From positions 74,712,001 to 74,776,000 of the forward strand of contig NC_087437.1 of assembly GCF_036321535.1 (NCBI RefSeq): 64,000 nt of DNA. Direction: 5' to 3'. Under the pieces are notes generated by a model. It did no database searches, was not told where the DNA came from, and saw only the letters and a list, made by a program, of their open reading frames with translations. This DNA is from Camelus dromedarius. Taxonomy: Eukaryota. The stretch's first letter is position 1; every line of letters starts with the position of its first letter. Positions 57,860-64,000 of the stretch are shown here, piece by piece. The translations under genes and the position numbers were made by a program.

Positions 57860-60800
57860 AAATGAAAAGATAGACTAATTTGACCACGTAAAATTGAAAT
57901 AAAATTATCTTGTCACTTAAATATTATAAACAAAGGAAAAAACACAAATGAAATGCCACGGAAAAATATTTTGTCTGCAACTCATGATATAGACCAAAGG
58001 ATGTATTTCTCAGCATATATAAACAAATATGTGAGAAAAAGACCAATAATTGTACAAGAAATGGACAGAAGATAAAAAACAGTTGGTAACAAAGGAAATA
58101 TAAATGGGTCTTAACATATGAAAAGGTATTCACTTAATACATAATAGGAAAAAATTAATCTTAAAATTAAAACTAAAGTGAAGTGCTATTTCCCCTTGTT
58201 AGTTTGGCAAAGATAAAAGAATTTTCACAGCAAACTGTGTAGAAAGGGGTGTGAGAAAGTAAGTATCCAATACACTGCTATTAGGTATATAATTTGGTGT
58301 AACTCTGTAAAGGCTAATTAGCAATATCTCATTATAATTACAAATGCACATATTCTTTGATCCTGCAATACTACTCTGGGAATTTATCCACAGATACACA
58401 TTCCATGTCTTAAATGACCAACATACAAGGATATACGTCATAGCACTGTTTGAAATAGCAAAAAGATTGGAAGCAGCATAAATATCTATATTAGGACACT
58501 GGTTAAATAAATTATGTACAGGTATGACATGGGATTCTATGCAGCCTTTTAAAGAATGAATCTGTTCTATGTGTATTGATTTTGGACAATTTCCAATATA
58601 TGATAAGTAAAATAACAAATATGGTGTACAGTACTTGTTTTTTTGTTGTTATTTGTTTTACACATGTATGCTTTTATATGCATTGAATACCTGTAAAATG
58701 ATCAAGTTACCTCCAGGGAATGAAACTAGGAAACCAAAGGAAAGAAGAAATGAAATAGGCTAAATTTTTAGTATACAAATTTTCATTTGAATTTTTTACT
58801 GCATAAGGTATTACATGTATGTAATACTCAGTGACAACACTAAGCACACTATTCAATTCACTTGACCTTTTCTTGGTACCAAGACTTTCTAGATGGTGAA
58901 TGGAATGTTTATTTAAATATGAAACAAGCTTCTTATCTTGTCAAAGATTGGTAAGTTTGCTGACAGACTCCTGCTCTGGGCTGTTTTTGAAACAGGGAAT
59001 GTATGCCAGTACTTACAGGGACTCTAGTGACTTGACCTGTGTTGATGACAGGGATGAAAACTAGAGAATAATAGGAGGATGAGACTAGGAACTGCAGTGG
59101 GTGGGGTGGACAGACTTTGGATAAGGAGGTGAAACCTGCAAGCAACTTTCACCCCTATTGTAAAGATATTTATCTTGGATGAATATCTAATTTGTAATCT
59201 GAAAAAGTAGAAAATCATGCCATGAAGTCAACCAAAGCCTGTAGTTCTCTCTAGGGAAGCAAAATGGCTGAGAAAGCACAGCAGTAAATTAACGTTTATA
59301 AAGAATGGACTGAAATAACTACAGTATATCAAAAGCAAATAACTGCTGAGGAAATTGGCATATTTTAATTTGGTTCAGACTATATCTTACATGTTCTGGC
59401 TGTGCTGTAATGTACGAGTTTGTATATAGAGCTTTAATGTATAATTAATATAGCTTTGAAGCTAGTTCTATCCGTATGATTAAAATTTATCATGGAATTA
59501 GCTTTCAAATAGAGACTTTTTTAACATGTTATAGTCAATGCTATAAACTAGATCTTCTCTGATGAGCTCTGAAAAAAGGACTATAATTTATCTCAATCGT
59601 ATTTTATTAGAGACATTTTAATTGCTGTGGCAGGTGAAAAGCACCATCCGGTATTAGCTAAACAATTTAGTTAATAAAATCATTTGTCCTCCTAGGACTT
59701 TTGGTTTAAGGCATATTCTGTTTCATGGAAGATGAACTACAAGTCTTTATTTTGTATGCACGATTCAGCCTAACGTTGAATATTAGGCACATCTACTTTG
59801 TGGGAAGTTTGCTCTGTAAAGGGACCTTTTAACATTAGTGAAGGAAATAATATAATATTTCTTGTAAGTGGAAGTCAAAAGGAAGAAATTCAGATTTCCC
59901 ATCCAGTGATCTGAAAGTAAAGATCTGAGAATTGATTGCTGGTGCATAGATTATGGGGGTGGCATTTTTTATTGCTTTCCAATTATTTGCATTTTCCCTT
60001 ATCATATAATGTTTTTTTAAAAATAAAAATGATAGAAATACATACTTTAAAAATTTCCAATAATCATTTCTCTAAGAGATAACTAATGTTAATAGTTTGG
60101 TATACATTCTTCCAGAAAATTTCCACACAAAGAATTTTTTTTTCTCCTTAAAACTCTGTATCTGTTGCCAACAACGTCTGAATTCTTCCTGCTCTGCCTG
60201 CTGTATTTTATCAAATTTGCCCACCTCATGCAGTTTCAATCACTTTGTTGGAATGATATATTATGTAACTATAGCCAAAATTCCCACTTTCTGGGCTTAC
60301 AGACAGATTTTATGCCAATGCATCTGTGCCTAAGAGCAGATTTTAGACTGTGTGCCTGTGCCTAAGTAGAGACTGAGTGCCAGCTTGTTCAAAGCTTAGC
60401 TGACTACAGATCCCCACATGGAGTGAGGTTGCTTATGGTGGCTCCATTTCGTCAGTCCAAGACGCAAGTATTTGGTGGAGCACAGTGCTGAAGGGCCGTG
60501 TCTTTATCACACTTCCTCACATTTTGTTCCGTGGATTAAGCAAGCTCTCTTACTTCAATTTCGCCCTTGTCAAAATGATTACCAAGTTTATTCCATCTTG
60601 GGTTGTATGCTTCCTAGCTTCTAATAGATGATTTTAATGGTTTAATATTTGACCACTAATTCAGTAGACACTAGTGAGAAAAATGCCTTAGAAAACAATT
60701 TTTATTCAATATGATAGGTTATTTGGAGCAAATATCCACCATTTACAGAGGGACTGAAATTAACAGTCTAAATGCCATGCTGCATTTAGTGTGTGATTGA

Positions 60801-61784
60801 ATTTTATCATATCAAATAGATTTACTAAAGCCTAATACGAGATTCCATGGATGCTAGAATATTAATTCTGAGAAACCCTGGGTCAGAATACATCAGAAGC
60901 TGTTAAATGTCTTATTGAATTTTGTCAACTTACCCACCCTCCTTAATATGCCATCTTCATCAGAATAGCAAAACAGAAAGTGTGAACACTTAGGAAGGCC
61001 AAATCTGTGCTTTTAAATTATTTTTTAAAACTGTCTGTGATGTTTCTTCTTCAGACAGAACTGGGCTAGAAGATTTAAAACACCACATTTTCGTATTTTT
61101 ATGTTTGAAATATCTCCTGTGTCTTAGACCATGTGAATTTGGTGTATATATCAATATATATAGAAAATTTATATATACTACCATTTATTGAATACTTACT
61201 TTGCAATAGATGCTTTATTAAGTGTTCTTTTGGATCGTAGTACAAACTGTAAACACCTTGATCTCATCAGTTTTTATAAAGTACTGGTGAATTTCATATT
61301 GAGATCAAACACCCCCACTTTCTTTTTTTACCCTCATTTTCATATAAAGTAGATAATGAAATATCACTCAGTTTTCCAAACAGGATGAAGACAGGAAGAT
61401 GACTTTGCTGTACTGAATTCCTGGTAATCCATCTACAGCACTTTAAGGACAACACTTGTTAGGAAGCTTCTAAAAGCAGCATCCAGCCTTGTGGCTAAAG
61501 CTCATCTGTCATTTAAAAATTTGTCTGTTAAGACTTTCAGGGGTCTTGAAATTTATAGCTTGAGTGAACTTGTATATGATTGTCCTCATTTTATTGATTA
61601 GGAAACAGATGACCAGAGTCACTTGCTCATTCATTTGTTCATCCATTCCATTGTCATTTACTAAGAGCAGTCCACAGGCTTGACTTTACTGGGTCCCATG
61701 ATCAAAAGTAAACAAGTCATGGCTCAGTTGTTTCTGTTGTCACAGGATTGGCTGAGCCTTCAGTTAACTTATGGGTAGAATCCA

Positions 61785-63330
61785 TAATTCATCATTAATT
61801 TTTTGATTCTTTGCTATGTGTCAGACATAGGAAAATCCAGAGAAAAGAAAACAGACAAGTCAGCTGCTCTTAGTCAGTTTATAGTCTAATTGAGGTAGTT
61901 AAAGAGGAAGCAAACAAACAAATAAAAAATTATAAATTGTGGTAACAAACAGGGTGAAGTGGTAGAAAACTAGAGAGCGGATTCTAATTATATGATTTCT
62001 CTGAGAGGATGTCAGTGAAGAATGTTGAGACCAAACGGTGGGAAGGATCAAGCTAGGGCTGAAATGTGATCTGGTGTCCGGGTGTGGTTGTAAAAAGTAT
62101 AGTGACCAGAGCAAGCAGGGCCCTAAAAGCCATGGCATGGAGTTGAAATTACAATTGAAGAACAATGAGAAATCATTGAGGGAGTAATATTTTGTATTTT
62201 TAAAAGGACATTCTGCCTGTTGAGTGGAGAATGTATTAGGTGGGAGCAAGCATGGGGTGGAACATGCAGTAAAGAGGTTCCTCGCATTAGTCCAGGTGAG
62301 TAGATGGCGGTGGCAGTGGTGGAGAACAGAGCATGTGTTGAGGTATTTTGGGAACCATATACCAATACTTGCTCCTGGATTTTATGTGGTAAGTGAGGGA
62401 AGTTACCGAGGATGAAATTCAGGTTTCTAACTTTGAAACCAAATGGATGACAGTGCTGATGCGTTTGCTGAAATGTGGAAAACCGGGCATGGGTGAGGGC
62501 AGATTAGGAGGATTAAGAGGTCTCATGCAGTAAAAATACTGGATTGCCTCTTTTCTCTAAACATAATACAAAATAAAAACAATGCTGTTATAACATAAAT
62601 GAGAAGATGTCTAATCAAATTCCAACCCTGATGACTACCTATATAGTTTTATTTTAAAATATTAAATATTAAATTTATTTCTTAAAAATCTGGGGGCAGG
62701 GGTTTCCCCTGTTTTGTTGGGGTTCTATTTGCAAGCTTAGTCTTCTCATTCAATTACCATGCCCTGGGGAAAAAAATCAAGAGTTATTTTGGTAAATTAA
62801 GATAACATGTAAAATTGCTAAGAGATATCAAGTGGGTAGCTGGATATACAATCATGGGGGCTCAGAGGGTGAAAAAGATACATAAATTTGTGAGTTGTCA
62901 GCATAGATGTTCTTAAAATATACATAAATAGATGAGATCACCCAAAGAAAATGTGTAGGGAGAAAAGAGATCCTGGTGGATTTCTAGCATTCAGATGAGG
63001 AGCAGGCAAAGGAGACTAAAATAGAGTGGCCAGACTAGAAAATGATGTCAGGGAAGCTAAGAGGAGAGTAATTCAGCAATGAGACAGTATACAGTGGTGT
63101 CAGTGCTTCTGCATGGTCAAGTAAGATGATGTCAGAGAAGTGGATGTTATTGGTAACCTTAGCATGTAGGATTTTCAGGTTATTGTTGAGACTGACACAG
63201 AGTGAGAAGCTAATAGAAGGTGAAGAAGTAGAAACAATGTGTGTAGAAAGTTTTTGTAATGTTTTACCCTAAGGGAGAAAAGACAATTTGTACAATAACT
63301 GGAGGGGATTATAAGGTCAGGGGATATTCT
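61785..63330 (+). mobile_element. L2 LINE fragments
   Basis: 'ccatggcatggagttgaaattacaattgaagaacaatgagaaatcattgaggg' and 'gatacataaatttgtgagttgtcagcatagatg...gatgagatcaccc'. Confidence 0.75.
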
Positions 63331-63345
63331 ATTTGGCTTTGCTTT

Positions 63346-63610
63346 TGTTACCTACCCTCCCAAGTCGGTCTCCAGCAAGGGTCCTTCTGCCCAAGGTCAT
63401 TTGTGCCAATAGAATGAGACCGAGTTTGGTTTAGAAGCAAAGAAAAGCTTTATTCTTTTATCAGAGACTGGAGAGGTGTGAGCTTGCACTCTATAGCACA
63501 TGCTCTCTGCAAAGCCCATGGGCGGGCTGCTTAATAGGGATCTTGGCAGTGGGGAAGGGGCAGAGCTCTCACAGGGCAGACACAGCTGTGCTGCTCGTGC
63601 TCCTGGTCGC
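63346..63610 (-). mobile_element. ERV LTR, 3' part (TATA-like box, R, U5)
   Basis: The minus strand has 'ccctattaag', then AATAAA (TTTATT near 63449-63454 on +), and ends '...ggtaggtaaca' with the terminal CA. Confidence 0.75.
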
Positions 63611-64000
63611 AGGTCTAATTCTTCCTTTGTGTAGATTGGGGAGTAACTGGATGAATCTGGCCTTCAAGGTATGTGGGGTAGTTGCCAAATTACTGCTTCT
63701 AGGGGCGCCATTTTGGCAGTTGTGTCCCCGCCTTGTTGTTTCTCTTTATTACCTCAGCATTCCCCTTTTAGTGACATCTGCAGTAATTAATGCCACCTTT
63801 TTTGGAAGCTGTATTGCGTCTAAGAGCTTCAATATGCTTAAACCATGTTTCACCTGTTTATTCTCTGCAGTAAGCATACCTTTTTCCTTATAAATAATAG
63901 CCTGTGTGTATGTAAGATGGCATACGCATACCAGGAATCCATGTAAACATTTCAGATCTTCCTTGTCCCCTGCTCTAAGGCTCAGGTGAGGGCTATCAGT
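63611..64000 (-). mobile_element. pol: Class I (gammaretrovirus-like) ERV pol fragment: RNase H domain, decayed, running off the window end
   Basis: Minus-strand translation with frameshifts: LIALT*ALEQG...NVYMDSWYAYAILHTH / KGMLTAENKQVKHGLSILKLLDAIQLPKKVAL / YCRCH*KGNAEVIKRNNKA / DTTAK. This parallels MLV RNase H ELIALTQAL...NVYTDSRYAF...GLLTSEGKEIKN...IHCPGHQKG...GNRMADQAA. Confidence 0.92.

Larger units (their letters stand above)
55400..58740 (+). mobile_element. Old L1ME-like ORF2 to 3' end, interrupted by the U6/L1 chimera
   Basis: RT-region sequence 'gccagcatcatgtttaat...caagaacaaagtcagagtgtgcactgttac' resumes at 56873. Later L1 motifs include 'tttaataaatggtattgggacaactggata' and 'gggattctatgcagcc'. 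Confidence 0.75.

Noticed and set aside
63700..63772. Polypurine tract (AAAAGGGGAA then TG) marking an LTR start at 63759, and a PBS-like TGGCGCCC near 63703-63710
   Set aside because: Both lie within continuing RNase H coding sequence (H*KGNAEV...DTTAKMAP), so they are coincidental. The LTR junction is near 63610.
1..64000. CRISPR arrays, operons or other prokaryotic-type systems
   Set aside because: The sequence is mammalian. Short direct repeats occur only in pairs (TSDs or local duplications), never as regularly spaced arrays.

Overview
Mammalian, AT-rich, repeat-dense non-coding DNA (intronic or intergenic). It is most likely from a camelid, inferred from five tRNA-Ala(AGC)-derived SINEs of the Vic-1 type. 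I could not identify an intact protein-coding gene. Most of the window is a layered record of transposable elements: L2, MIR, HAL1, old and young L1, MaLR/ERVL/ERV1 LTRs and Tigger1. Five elements stand out. (1) A CpG-rich, polyadenylated retrocopy of an unidentified non-coding transcript at about 4170-4790; its 3' end is Charlie1-like and its opposite strand looks like a promoter plus first exon. (2) An old intronless BRD7 processed pseudogene at about 44715-46760 (-), with a (TA)n tract inside its coding remnant. (3) A full-length U6 fused to a 5'-truncated L1, with tail and target-site duplication (TSD), at 55563-56856 (-). (4) A poly(A)-only insertion with a 19-bp TSD at 57810-57859. (5) An internally deleted gammaretrovirus-like provirus in which pol RNase H is joined directly to the 3' part of an LTR, at 63346-64000 (-). 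I found no evidence for a wholly new biological system; item 1 is the most unusual. Repeat family names come from recalled consensus sequences and boundaries of old repeats are approximate, so both need RepeatMasker/Dfam confirmation.
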